Position numbers and translations under genes: made by a program. The notes beneath the pieces are model-generated. The model was not told the DNA's origin. It saw only the letters and a list, made by a program, of their open reading frames with translations, and did no database searches. 64,000 nt of DNA from Seison nebaliae (taxonomy: Eukaryota): the NCBI GenBank assembly GCA_023231475.1, contig JALJEE010001544.1, positions 62,001 through 126,000 of the forward strand, written 5' to 3'. This document shows positions 27,801 through 41,500 of this stretch, one piece after another. Position 1 is the first letter of the stretch. Every line of letters starts with the position of its first letter.

Positions 27801-28853
27801 CGACAAAATTTCTCGTTGTCTTTCCTATTCATTCCCCGTTTCTATATTATTACTACTTTTCCGTTTTTATATAAGACACCACTACATACTACAATATGTC
27901 ATTCTTTCCCTCCTCCTCCTCCTCTCCATCGTCCCCACTACCCGCAAATATATCGATGGATTTATATATCTGATTTTCTTTCGTCAAATCGACTATCTAC
28001 ACACACACATGTAACTTTCCTCGACATAATAATAATTTAAAGAAATCATAAATTTACTGCTATTAAATAGATATGATAAGGCACATAAACTTCTACACTT
28101 ATTTCTCTCCTATTACCGAGAGTCGTACTGGTTCTTGCAGTATGTGTAGCTTCGACTTAATCATTTCAGTCCAATAACTAGACAACATAAACTTTCTACA
28201 TCAAACAAAATAGATAATATTCTTCTCAAAATTATTCCTCGCTAATAATATGTCGGGTGGATGTTATACAATAACAATAAACTAACACATAAACCTCTCA
28301 AGATTGCTAATATAAAATAAATATTAATCTAACTACTAGCGGGCTAGTTGAGATTAGTTTCTTCAATCTTACAATATCTACTATTTACATTACAATAAAT
28401 TTATTTAGTACTTACTTAGCCATATATTGGCAGTAGGACCAAATTCACAACTTACACGTTTTCCCGAACTATCACACACACTAACTTTTGACTATAAACA
28501 TTCCAATTCGAATGACTTAAAATTAAGTCGAAGCTTGCTCAAATTGGAGGCGACTAAATTCTACAGATATTAAATGGGAAGAATTGACAATTCTTCTGAA
28601 GCTAAAATCATTCTCAAAAATTTCTATTTCAAACTCAACAACTATTCTCCTGCATTTTTTTCAAAATTTTAGTTTTGTTCTTCCACAATTTTCTATCTTT
28701 CCCGAAACTTTCCGAAAACACAATCTGAAGAATCCTCAAATTTTCATTAAATTACTAAATAAATAAATATAAATAATTCAAATTCTTTCGAAACTTATTT
28801 GGGAGCAAAATAAAAATTTACATAATTTGAAATATTGAATTTGGAGTAGAAGA

Positions 28854-30750
28854 ATGATGAATATTCATCGAAATTTATTGGAATTACGATTCGGTTCTCA
28901 TGAATATTCGACGTTGAATGGACGACGGAGAAATGGAACAAACAAGTATTTCCAGACAATTTACAATCGATATCTCTTTAAAAGAACATTAGATAATTTG
29001 ATTCCACTTCCTTCTCCAACTTTATCTAAATATTCAATAACTGAAATGAAATTGGAGACGATGGAAAATCGATAGTTATTCATCACACATTCCATTCTCA
29101 TTCACCTTCTCCCTCCCCTCTAGTCTGATGGTTGGAAATGTGAACGGTGAGATATCTCTGTTGGATTTGAAGAGAATTCGTAAAGGAAAATTCCAACGAA
29201 AACGGAAAGAAAAATTTGAGGTGAAAGAAAACGATTATGAGAATCAATTTCCTATCACTTGTCTCAAATGGAATAAATTCACAAGCGAAATTGACATCAG
29301 TACTGGTAATGGAGAATTCATCGAATTTGATGTACGTCGATGGCAAGTGAAAAGGAAAATGAATAATTTAAATAAATCGAAAAATACTTCGACAATTTTC
29401 ATGAATGATTCGAATGAATTTTTGAGGAATACCGTTCTCCTCACTATGTCCAATGGCGGTTATGGAATTTATGACAGACGTACAGGTGGAGTAGTTGATA
29501 ATGTGATGAAGAATGTTCATAATCATTTAATCGATCAATCATCGACAGAGAATTATCGTCGGAATGGAATTTCCGTTTTGAAATTCCATAAGAAATTCAT
29601 TAATATCGTTACGTCAGCAGGATTTGATGGTCAAATTAAGTTTTGGGATATCCGTTTCACCAATCATCCACTGGATGTGTTAGGATCACAATATGATTTC
29701 GTTCAATTTGATGATATCGATTCGACAGCACATAAATGGCCGATAATTTCCTTAGAATTTTTAAATGATGGAAATCATTTGATTTCAATGGATATTTATG
29801 GAACTGTAAAATTATGGAAATTATCTGATAACACTCCAACAACAATGATAAGAACATCGAACAATTCTGATAATACTTCAACAAAATTATTGAGAACTTT
29901 CAATTCTGATAATATTTCATCCTCAACAACAACAACAACAACATCATCGAAAATTTGTATTTCTGATATTTCATCAAAAAATTATTTTTCGAGTGATCGA
30001 GAATATTTTCCATCATATGAAGAATTTCCATTAATAATTAATGAATCGAAAAGGAAATCGAATAAATGTTTCCCTTTAATGAAGTCGATCGATATTATTC
30101 ATTTGAGCACAGATAATTTGAACAATTTATCCGAATTCATGAATGAGAGAAAGTTTTTAGGAGAATATCTTTTAATTCCGTCGACTAATGGAAATTTGAA
30201 TATCATCGATATGTTGAGTGGGAGATGTGTAAGAGAATTGAAATCACATTTCTCTCCTATTACTTCACTTTGTCAATTGACGACGAATAAATCATTCGAT
30301 CCATTAATTACCTCATTCATTTCCAGTTCTTATGTTGACGGAACAAATATTTTATGGAAAGCAAAAGATTTCGAAGATATTCTCACTTATCCCGTTCAGA
30401 CATCTCAAGAAACTTATTTAACTAAACAACAATTACGAATCGATTCTATTTCTCAACAGATTTGTCGTGACGAATTAATTGAAAGAAATTGGGAAAAATC
30501 AAATTATCGAATTCAATCCGAATCTCATAAATATGAAACATCATTCCAAAATTCATTAAAATCTTTATTTCCTAATCAACAATTTCTGTCGGTAATGGAA
30601 GAAGGAAAATTAATTGGAAATCAAAAGAGACCATCAAATAATATCGAAGAGATTCTCATGGAAATTGATAGAGAAAAAAAATTATATTCTAATAAAATTC
30701 ATTTGTTCGAAGATAATTGGTCAGATGATAATGATATTGACATCGATTAA
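28854..30750 (+). CDS. ERCC8: ERCC8/CSA-like WD40 protein, 2 exons
   Basis: MKLETMENRY|LMVGNVNGEISLLDL, SAGFDGQIKFWDIR, SGRCVRELKSHF and terminal FEDNWSDD resemble CSA. Confidence 0.7.
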
Positions 30751-30872
30751 TATTTCTTCCTTTTTCTATTTCGAACTTTTTCAAAATTTTCTTATTTTCT
30801 TACAATTTTTTTTAAGTTTTTAATTTTGTTCAAGATTTTGTAGAATATTTTTTGAATAAAACAGAAAAGAAA

Positions 30873-32935
30873 ATGGTGAAAGGAAAACCATTTAGTTCGA
30901 AACAGAAACGTGAGCAATTGAGGAGAAGACGGGAAAGGAAACAAAATAAAAATCGTTGAAATTTGAAAATCTGAAATTCTTTCAAATATTCTTTTTTAGA
31001 GGATTCATCAGATGAAAATGAGAACGATGATGAGAAGACAATTCCAGTGAAAAGGACTCCATTAGAAATTCAAAAGATTAATGAATGTAAGAAAATTGGG
31101 AAGAATTGTAAAGTAATTTCGAAAAATTATAATCCCAATCGATATCGATTACACTTCTTTGCGGAAAGTAAAGAAGATATGAAAATGAAACGATTAGCAG
31201 CAAATGAGAAAATTCAAATGAAATCAATTAGTGATCTGATAATTGAACCTTCCCAATATTTCATCAAAGAAGAAGAGAAAACATTTCCCAAACGTCCATC
31301 ATGGTCTGACGATTGGAGTAAAACAAAATTGGATGAAGTTGAGGAGAAATATTTGAATGATTTCGTTCAATCCTTAATCGACGACGACGAACAGTTGAAG
31401 AAGTTGGGATATTTCGAATTGAATTTGGAAACTTGGAGACAATTTTGGAGAGTCGTCGAAATGTCTGATATTATTCTCATGGTGACAGATATGAGATTTT
31501 CAGTTAATAATTATCTTTCTACTCTTATTTTTTTGTTTTTAAAAATTTCTTAATTTTATGGAAAAGTTTTTGAAATTTTTTTTTCTGAAACATTTTAAAT
31601 GAAATTTTTTTGTTTGGAAATATTTTCCCATAAAATTCTTAATCGAATTTTTTTTAATATTTTAAGATGTTTCAAATGAATGATTCGATTTACAATTATT
31701 TGGTGAATGAGAAGAAAAAAGAATTATTTTTGGTTTTAAATAAAATTGATTTATTACCAACTCCCTTAGTGATTGGATGGTATGATTATTTCCAGAAACG
31801 ATATCCGAAAATTAAAATAATTTTCTTTTCATCGTTTCCAATTGAAATTATGACAAACGAGAAATTATCGAAAAGACAATTGACGAATCTTCGATTTCAT
31901 TCGAGACGGTATTCATTGGGTCCATTGGAATTCGTGAAATGTTTAGAATCGTATGTAGAACGACGTCAAGAAGCAGGATTTATGGATGTTGACATTGATG
32001 AGAAATGGAAAAATTCGATGAAGGATCGATATCGAAAAAATCAAATGAATTTAACAGAGATAAATTTAAGAGGAAAAGAAGAAGATAATTTGAATGAATT
32101 TCACGAATTAATCAATTCGAATCTATTGACAATTGGATGTATCGGTTTTCCTAATGTTGGAAAATCGACAGTGATCAATTGTTTGAAAGGAAAGAAAGTG
32201 GTAAGTGTTTCAAGAACTCCAGGACATACGAAATATTTCCAGACAATTCATTTAACAAAAACGATTCGATTATGTGATTGTCCTGGATTAGTTTTCCCGT
32301 CTTTATGTCCAAAAACATTACAAATTTTATCGGGTGTCTATCCGGTAGCTCAAGTTCGTGAACCGTTATCAGTGGTACAATATCTAAGTGAACATTTGAC
32401 GGACGAAAAGAAAAATATGAGAATTATCAATTTACTCAAATTAAATCATTCGTCAGTGAAAGAGATTATGGAAGATTTGGATTTTGAGGAATGGTCTGCC
32501 TCCGCCATCTGTCAGACTTATGCATCGATAAAGAAGTATTTTTGTGGGAAAGGTCAAGTGCCGAATGTGCATAAAGCGGCAAATGAAATAATTAAACTTT
32601 CGTTGGAAGGAAGAAAAAATTTACGATTAGTTTTCTATCCGCCAAATTATTTTGATGGTAATTGGGAGACGGATAGGAGAACGTTGGAATTGGAGAAGTG
32701 TTTGAAAAGGAATGCTGCCGCTATTTGTGAATATTCGAATTTATCAGATATTCCATTTCATCAGGATAATATAGATTTATTAATTAACAATTCTGATGGG
32801 GAAATTAGTGAAGATGAATCTTCAATTGAAGATGATACTGACAATGAAATTGAAAAAGAATTAGATGATACAAATGAAATTAATGAAAAATTTCAAAATA
32901 TAACAACAACAACAATAATAACAATTGATGAATAA
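30873..32935 (+). CDS. GNL1: GNL1/HSR1 circularly permuted GTPase, 3 exons
   Basis: MVKGKPFSSKQKREQL, NPNRYRLHF, YFELNLETWRQFWRVVEMSDI, NKID, GFPNVGKS, SRTPGHTKYFQT and DCPG. Confidence 0.92.
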
Positions 32936-32960
32936 GATTAATTATTATTTTTGAGTTACC

Positions 32961-34061
32961 TTAAAGAGTATACCAACCGTCTTCATCGACTATATTTTGA
33001 TGGAATAATGGAATGAGATTTGTAAATTTTTAAAAAACAAATAAAACTTCCAGCATGTTCCGCTATATCGGGAATCATTTTCTTAATTAACGGTTTCTTG
33101 GGTGTTAAATTGTTTTCGATAATTTTTCTTCGTTCATAAAGTTCATTCATTTCGATATAAACCTCACCAGACGCTCGTAAAGCTGAAAGCGAACTACCTA
33201 TTAGTAACTGAAAAAAAATTTCAAATATTTCGAATTCAAATCAACAAAGTTCAAACTAATCCATAGATGACGAGGAAAGTACAAATAACAAATGCCTTCG
33301 CTAAATTATAGTTGACACTTAACTGAAACGAATAAAGAAAAATTACGAGAATTAAAATTGAACTGCATCGAAAAATATTTCGTTACCAATTCCTTTAAAA
33401 TGAGGTCCATATTCAGTGCGAATGCCAAAATATTGTAATCGCCAAGGAGTGAGACTGAGTACCAATAATCTGGAACAGATCATATGTGGAAGTAATACAC
33501 AACAACTATAGATGGCCATGAAACACCATACGATATAGAAAGTAATTGTATTGATACAATTCTTCCGACGTTAAAACAGAAAATTAATTAAATTAAATAA
33601 TTCAATCGAAACTTTCCGAGTTTTACCTAAAAGTAATCCTAAATCTCGGGTAGAAATTGAACTTGCATTGGCAGTTAAATTTTGTGCTGATAACATAGCT
33701 TTTGTTCCGATATATCCTGTTCCAATCGAGAGGATAGTATATGGAATTATGAGATAATTGAAACTAAATTAGATGTACAATAATTGGGGGAAATGAGAAG
33801 GAACGAAACTGAACATTCGTTTGGAAATATAATCGAATGGAATTAGTTATCGTATAAATTAAGAGAGTATGGCAAATGAAGGAAATGCCAAGACCGGCGA
33901 CAAGTAGAATATAACCGAATAGGACTGCATAAGGTGATGCTGGCACCAGTGATAACCAGTTGGCTGTTGGAAATGTCGAATTAGAATAATAATTAGAAAA
34001 ACGAACGACGTGGTGTCGGTACGCCCAAAGTCTCATCAAAAGTAGGGTACTGTTTCACCAT
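32961..34061 (-). CDS. Four-transmembrane protein, probably myelin proteolipid/M6 family, 7 exons
   Basis: Spliced model MVKQYPTF...PYAVLFGYILLVAGLGISFICHTLL...RLYF, a TM3-like FYIVWCFMAIYSCCVLLP, LQYFGI, and the end ...DEDGWYTL*. Resembles PLP/M6 PYASLIATIL...TYF and LRQFGI. Confidence 0.6.
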
Positions 34062-34609
34062 ATTAATTTCAGGTTTATTTATAGATAAGGTCAAATGATT
34101 ATCATATGAATGAAATGAGAAAATGAAATAAATTTGATTGAACTTAGTGAGAGAATGTTAAATGCAATTTGTTTTCATTTAAGAAATCAATCGAAAATAC
34201 TGCTCTCCCTCCCTCACCAACAATGTTTCTTCTCATACACATAAAAGGAATTGTGATCAGTTTTATTAAAATGTCAAATGAAATTGTCAATACAACAATT
34301 TCTTTGCTCGCGAACAAAACTTTAATTGAATTAGTTTTTTCTAATTATTCCTTAAACTATGCACTCACTCACTCACTCACTCACACGAACATTCACATTC
34401 CTCATATTATTCCAATTAGTATTTTCATTTATTCGACACTGTACCAGAGAAAAATCGATGAAATTTCATCGTTCCTCTCATTTGTTTTCTTTACTTTTCA
34501 AAAAAACTTTCTCCGAAATTGGAAGCAGAAAGTAAAGGAACTGAAACCACATTTATCCAAATAAACAGGAAAACAAACGGAAATTTGAATAGATCCATTA
34601 AAAAAAAAT

Positions 34610-35437
34610 ATGTCAACGAATATGTTAGACATCGAAGTCGGTACTATCCGATTGAGAGATGCCAATATCGTAACTCTGACAATTGATGGTGAACAACGAC
34701 TATGTTTAGCACAAATATCGAACTCGCTACTTTACAATTATACTTATAATGAAATCCACAATCGACGTGTGGCTCTCGGAATATTGTGTGTTCAATGTAC
34801 TCCCCCACAACTCGAAGTACTTCGAAGATATAATGCTCTCCCACCCACATCTCGTCGTTGTGGTATGATATCGTTGAAGGAAGCGAAACGATTAATAACT
34901 TCATTTTTAGATGAGCCAAAACCGTTGAATTTAGATAAAAATTATTCGTTTCAAGTTCGACATTCGTGTGCTTGGGGAGCTTTCGGTTCGTTTCAACCCA
35001 ACAAATATTCCAGTTCACGTGCTAAATGTATCGAATGTTATACGTGTCACAATTTATTCTCTCCAAATAAATTCATATTTCATTCTCATAAGAAAGAGGC
35101 CGCGAAACCCGACGAATATGTACAACCGAATGCTGCTAATTTTAACGCATGGAGGAGGCATCTCCAACTAATTATTCCGTCGAATATCGAAACGAATTCG
35201 GATGAATATGAATCTTTTTTATCTCAATGGGAAGATGTTAAATCGATTTATAATGGCGGTTCTCGCAAACGAACAATGAATGGAAATGATTCGAAACGAC
35301 TTTATCAACTGAATGAAAAAGAAGAGAATTTCAATCGACTTTGTGTGAAATATTTGAAAGGAGAGAATGAATTGAAATCGGAATGGAGGAAGGACGAATC
35401 CAAATCATTTACAATTGACTCGATTATTTCATCATAA
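34610..35437 (+). CDS. SKOR: SKI-family transcriptional corepressor (SKOR/Fussel/CORL), short and intronless
   Basis: RLCLAQISNSLL...YNEIHNRRVALGILCVQCTPPQLEVLR...SRRCGMI, plus SAND-like YSSSRAKCIEC...FSPNKFIFHSH...AANFNAWRRHL. Confidence 0.92.
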   Translation: MSTNMLDIEVGTIRLRDANIVTLTIDGEQRLCLAQISNSLLYNYTYNEIHNRRVALGILCVQCTPPQLEVLRRYNALPPTSRRCGMISLKEAKRLITSFLDEPKPLNLDKNYSFQVRHSCAWGAFGSFQPNKYSSSRAKCIECYTCHNLFSPNKFIFHSHKKEAAKPDEYVQPNAANFNAWRRHLQLIIPSNIETNSDEYESFLSQWEDVKSIYNGGSRKRTMNGNDSKRLYQLNEKEENFNRLCVKYLKGENELKSEWRKDESKSFTIDSIISS

Positions 35438-35516
35438 TTTTATTGATTCCACTTTTTTTCTTTTTTAAAAATTATAAAATTTAGTCAATGTCTTCATTTA
35501 ACTAACGAGAACGACG

Positions 35517-38500
35517 ATGGATGTCGAACATGATACATATCCGGAATTGAATAATTTTGCTGTTCATTTACCTGACCTTGTCGTTCAACAACGAGAGAGA
35601 AATATCTATCCATTCGGTATTTCATATAATGCCGTCGTTCTATTTGCTGATGTGTCTGGATTTACTAAATTAACGGAAATCTATTCGAATGACGTTCAAC
35701 GAGGTGTTGGCCATTTGACTCGTCTATTGAACAATTATATTGGTGGTCTCGTCCGAATTATGATGTTGCATGATTGTGATGTACTGAAATTTGCCGGGGA
35801 CGCTATTCTAGGATTTTGGCCAATTAGTCAACATAGCCAAGGAATCACAGACACCAAAATTAAAGAAACTTTAGAATTGGCTATATTATGTGCACGTTCG
35901 ATGCAACACGAATATGGAGATTTCGATACTCCCGTAAATACGAAATTGCACGTCAAAATCTCATTAGCATACGGCGATTGTCATATGATATTCATCCAAT
36001 CACAAAATAAAGAAGATCATTTCTGTCATTATGTTACTGCTGGCGAATCGGTGGCTGATGCAAATGTCGGTGAAAGTTATTGTAGTGCGGGTGACGTAAT
36101 GATATCTCCAAATACCTGGAAATTAGTGAATGCCCCTGATTATAAATATGAATATCTCTCACAAACGAATGGTCATGTTAAAGTTAAGAAATTTCTATTG
36201 TTCTATTATCATCAAAATAATTTCTCATTGAATTTGAAAGATAAAGGAAATTGTTCGATTTACCACCAGTATGTTGCAGAAGACACGTCAAATTAATGCA
36301 GATAGATTGAAGGATGCCGAAACGGCCACAATTCGATTGAGACATTTAGCGATCAAGAAAATATATCCGAATGTCGATAAAGAATTATGGAAATTTGTCA
36401 TAAAACCGGTTCGACAAAAAATTAGTGAAAAAATTTCATCCAGTTTCCTCAACGAATTAAGACAAGTTTAAAAATTGTTTTGACAAAATTATTCTCTACT
36501 AAATTATTCAGGTGACGATTGTTTTTGGTACGATGCAAATTGATCAAAGAAATACCTTAGGAACTTTAGCCGGTAATGTCCAACATGTATTCAAAGTGAT
36601 TCATGAAAGAATTTCTTTAGCTAAAGGTTCATTTTCTTTATATTCCTTAAATGAATATTTTGAAATAATTTTAACAAAACAATTTTTCAGGCATTGTAAC
36701 GAAAGTAATGATGTTTGATAAAGGATGTTCATTTCTTTGTGCTTTCGGTCTTCCCGGTTTCAAACAAGATAACGATTGTGCAAATGCGCTGCATTCATCA
36801 TTCTTATGTTTCAAAGAGTTGAAATTGTTGACTTTTGTGAAAAATTGTGCATTTGGTGTTACAACCGGTTTGACTTTTTGTGGAACTGTGGGACATGCTC
36901 TCCGTCATGAATATACTGTAATTGGACGAAAAGTGAATATGGCGGCTAGATTGATGACTAATTATCCTGATATAGTCTCTTGTGACAGTGAGACAAAATT
37001 GCAGGCACGTGCCAATGACGAAAATTTCCATGAATTAGAAAGGAAGATCTTGAAAGGAATGACGAAATATGGAACTTGTTATTCGTATGATGAGACAAAT
37101 ATTGAGAAAGTGAATCAGGAAATAAAGAAATTTAATTTGCCGATTTTGAATCAAGAAGCTGAAATTAAAATTTATGAAGAAGCAGTTAAGAATTTGTCGA
37201 TATTCCTCCCGAATAAAACCATTTCCCGAATTAATTATTTGAGGAAATACTCAAGTAGTAATAATAATGTCAGTATGATCGTTTATTATGGTGATGCGGG
37301 AATGGGCAAAACGAGAATTCTCGACGCACTTCTCAGTTTAGCTGGTGTTGACACACATTTCTTCGCGTATAAAGCACCGGTAAATTTCTCGACTGTCGGT
37401 CTTCATACGATCGGAAAGATAATAAAGTCATTCGTGAAAGTTGATCCATATCTCAAAATTCTACCTCCAAATTTAGAGTTAATGAAATCATTCGAGAATA
37501 TGGTGTCTTTAGTATTGAAACAATGCGAAATTGATGGTCGTGAGAAGATCATTGGACAATTGTTGGATGGACGACGAGTAATACCATCGTTGATTGAGAG
37601 ATCGTTATTGCCAACATTGATGGAAGATCTAACTGAAGAAATTAAGACGATGGCCGATTTAAAGAAATTTTATCATTATGTTCGAATGAATTCTCTAACA
37701 AAGTCAGAAAAAGATCAACCGAATGAAACACCAAGTGGTTATTGGATTGAACTTCTAGTGAGAATTTTATTGATGAGAAGTTCATCTCGATTAACTATTG
37801 TCATCGTTGATGATGCTCAATTTATTGACGAAGATTCTTGGCCTTTCCTACCTCTAATTGGCGATTCGCCACATTCGTTAATCGTTCTCGCTTATCGTCA
37901 AAGCGAATTACCTTCAAAAGTATCCGAATATGTAAAGAAATTAGGAAAAAAGAAATCGATTATTGTGAGGAAATTATCAGCATTTGATGAATGTTTAACA
38001 TTACATTTAGCTTGTCAAAAACTTAATGTTGTTGCCGTACCGAGAACTTTAGTGAAAATTCTCATTGATAAAAGTAGCGGGGTACCAGCATGGATTGAAT
38101 ATCTAATAAATGATTTTAAAATAAATGATTATATCACCATTGAACCAGGAAGGATATCGAAAGATGAAGCTATTAAAATGGAATTACAATATATGGAATC
38201 AGCTGAAATTTTTGTGAATTCTCATCAGGTGCCAGAAGCTTATTGTAATTTCTCGAAGAATTTCGATTTACTCTCTTTGGAATTACCTGATAGTTTAGCT
38301 GACCAAGTGATAGCTCGAATTGATAAGTTGACGGAATTGGAAGCAAGTGTATTGAAATCGGCTTCTTTATTGGGTGGATCATTTTCACGAATGCTTCTCG
38401 TCAATTCAATGCCGACAATGTCCATCGAACAAACAAATATTCACATTAGTTCTTTGTTTAAGAATATGGTTTTCGAATGTGCATCACCAGCACCAAATAA

Positions 38501-41500
38501 TTATCATATTAGACAATCGTTGGGATTGAAAACGAAAATAGTTTGTAATTGTCGTCAGGCATTGAATATTCAGAATGTCCTTCTCGCTGATAAAATCCAA
38601 AATAATTTGACCAAATGTCTTTTTATAAAATTTAAAATTGCTTTGTTTTCTGAAGTGGTGGCTAAAACTATAACACCGATCGTTAGTGAAAAATGTTTTA
38701 TTGTTTAAACTAAAGAATTTTGTTGTATATAAAAAGGTGGAAAGAAGTATCCATTTACGAGCAGCCGCTTTCTTGGAACAGGTCGCACCCCAACAATGTT
38801 ATTTGTGCGGTGGGCAATACGTGTACGAATGTTTCCCTGAATTACGATTGAGATCGAATACTTCCAAATATTTACCGATGCGTATTTCGATAGGATCTGG
38901 TGGTTTGATTACTTTTGTTATTTCTGAAGAAAAATTTGAAAAAATATCTTTTCAGAAAGTTTGGGTGGTGGCACAGAAACAGCACCAACTGGGCCCTCGA
39001 CTACAAGTTTAAGTTTTTTTAGATTCCAACAATTTTCAATCTGAAACTTTCCAGGTGAGGAAAATACTGATACTTCCACATATTATGGAACGAATCGGAA
39101 TGCGAATGAGAACGCGAGATCAAAAAGTAAGATTGATTACTCGTTTGATCGTCCTCCAGGAAATATTCCCGGTCAGTATATTCGGAGTACTCAACAATTC
39201 CTTCAAATTAATAAACCGAGTGACATTTTGACAACAACGTTAACGGAGGAAGATTGGAATAATTATCCAGTTGAAGATGTGGAAGGTATGGAGAATTTTC
39301 TGGAGGAGTGTGTGAAAAATGAGAGAGTTCCAAGTGAAACATTATCAGGAATAATGATTGATATGATCTCGCACAGTAAACAAGTTTTCCGCATATTCTC
39401 CAAACGAATCCGCCACAAATCAATGACGAATAAGAAGACTCGATCTCATGTTGAAAATGTAAAGTTGTTACTAAATAATGTTTCCTTATCGATGCAAGGT
39501 TTCATTTTTCTTCTATTCAATTTGTACATTGTCAATTCAAATTCTTTCAATTATCAGACATATTAGAAATGGAAATAGAGTTAAGTAATGAAATGGAAAC
39601 AAGTGGTAAGATTTGTGGTTGTATCGATTGGCCTCGAGAAGATAAAGCATTTCGTTATTCGAATACATCCGGTTCATTTGGAACAGGCAATGATTTGACT
39701 CAAATAGAAAATAATGATTTGTCTGATACTTGGAATCGGAAATCAGCATTCGATTTGGAAGCATGTGAATGTAATAATGTTGGTAAATTGATAATAAACT
39801 AAATTGGATTAATATCATAATATGATTTTTAGTTATTAGTCATTTTATATGCTCAATTGACATATCATTATTCGAATGCTTGTGATCCGGAATCAATGAT
39901 TCATTATAAACTGATGGAAGCGGAACTGGCAATTATTATCGGTAATAGTTCACGTGCATTATTATTCCTTCACGATTGTCATCATATTATGGATATGTGG
40001 AAGAAGAATCAAAGAAATCCTTTATTGGAATTGAAGTCTGGTGAAGGAGCGATATTACCAGAATTAGTTTACACTATCAGTAAAGTAACTGAAGCACGCT
40101 TGTATCGTTTAGTGGGAATAGTTTGAAATTTTTTTCTTTTATTAATCATATGATGTCTTTAAAAGGCCTTATCTTATCAAGGCAAATATATGAAAGCTTT
40201 AAATATGTTCAATTATGTCACTAAATTATTCCATTTACCGGAATTATTAACGAAAATGGTAGCGTCAAAAAGTCCGTTTGGGAAATCGTTCATGCTTTTC
40301 CCATCATACGTTAACGCGTTCGTTCGACGAGTCACTGGCGAGAAGAATATAACGAAGTTAACTGAAATAGTCGAATTATGTAATGCTACAAGAGTCGTTT
40401 TTCTTCATTTGACTGATGGTCATCGTGCATTGGCATTGAATATAATTCAATCGAAAGTAGCATTAATCCTCATTAATCTCAAAGCACCAAATGGATTACC
40501 TGAAGTTATAATGCTGAACATAATTTAGTTAACATTCAATTTGTTTATAGTTACTCAAATCAGAAGCGGCTCTAATTGAATTCTATTCACGGGAAGGTAT
40601 CATAAATAAAGCCAGAAAAGCTCTGAAACGAACATTAGAAACGTTCCGATATATTTCAGACTTATCTCTATTTTACGCTCAATTTCAGATGTGGACCAAT
40701 GTTGAAGAGTCTTCAAGATTATAATCAAGTCATTAAACTCTACTGCGTTCTATGTGTCCACTATCAATCAGAAGGTATCGTTCAAAAAGCAATGGAGACC
40801 GGTTGGCTATTTTTATGAATTAAAATAAATTAAAACATTTTTTGAAGGTTTATTAGTAAGAAAATTATTAACGAATGTCAATGATACGAAACAATTGATC
40901 AGAATGATGCCAGATATCATATCACCTGCAATTGAGACCATAAAGTTTTTACTCAAAATTTCCCTAAAACTACTCGACTTTTCACTAGTTTAAGTGTAAC
41001 GGAACAATGTTTGGAGATTTTATATTATTATTCAAGAGAAACAGAAAACGAATTAGGTATGGCTTGGTTCCATTGTTTAAGTGTTACCGTTTCACTCGTT
41101 TTCCCAAGTTTTCATTAAAACTTCCAACAACTTATTAAATTTCTTCTTTGCGCAGAACCTCCAAAAATCATTCCGGACATTAAAGCGTCTTTGGCTTTCT
41201 GTAACGAGTTGGTCACCTCAACAATACTCGGAGAGAATAGTATGTTAATTTATAATTGTCTTAGCAATTTGGGTCTTTGGTAAGGAAATTTTTATTCAAA
41301 TTAATAATTCTTTGAAATGTAATTTGTAGGTATCGTCGTTATCCACATTACAAATCTCCGAATTCATCTGATTATTATTTTTATGCAGCATTAGGAATGC
41401 ACAGTTTCCTTTATATCAACAACTATTTAAGTGGTTCGTCATTCTATCGATTGATTGAATATCAATTGATAAATTTGGCGGGTAAAGTTTTTGAATTTGG

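Noticed and set aside
25010..28766. Short ORFs and TG/CA runs upstream of catulin
   Set aside because: Microsatellite-driven ORFs with no homology; probably regulatory or UTR sequence.
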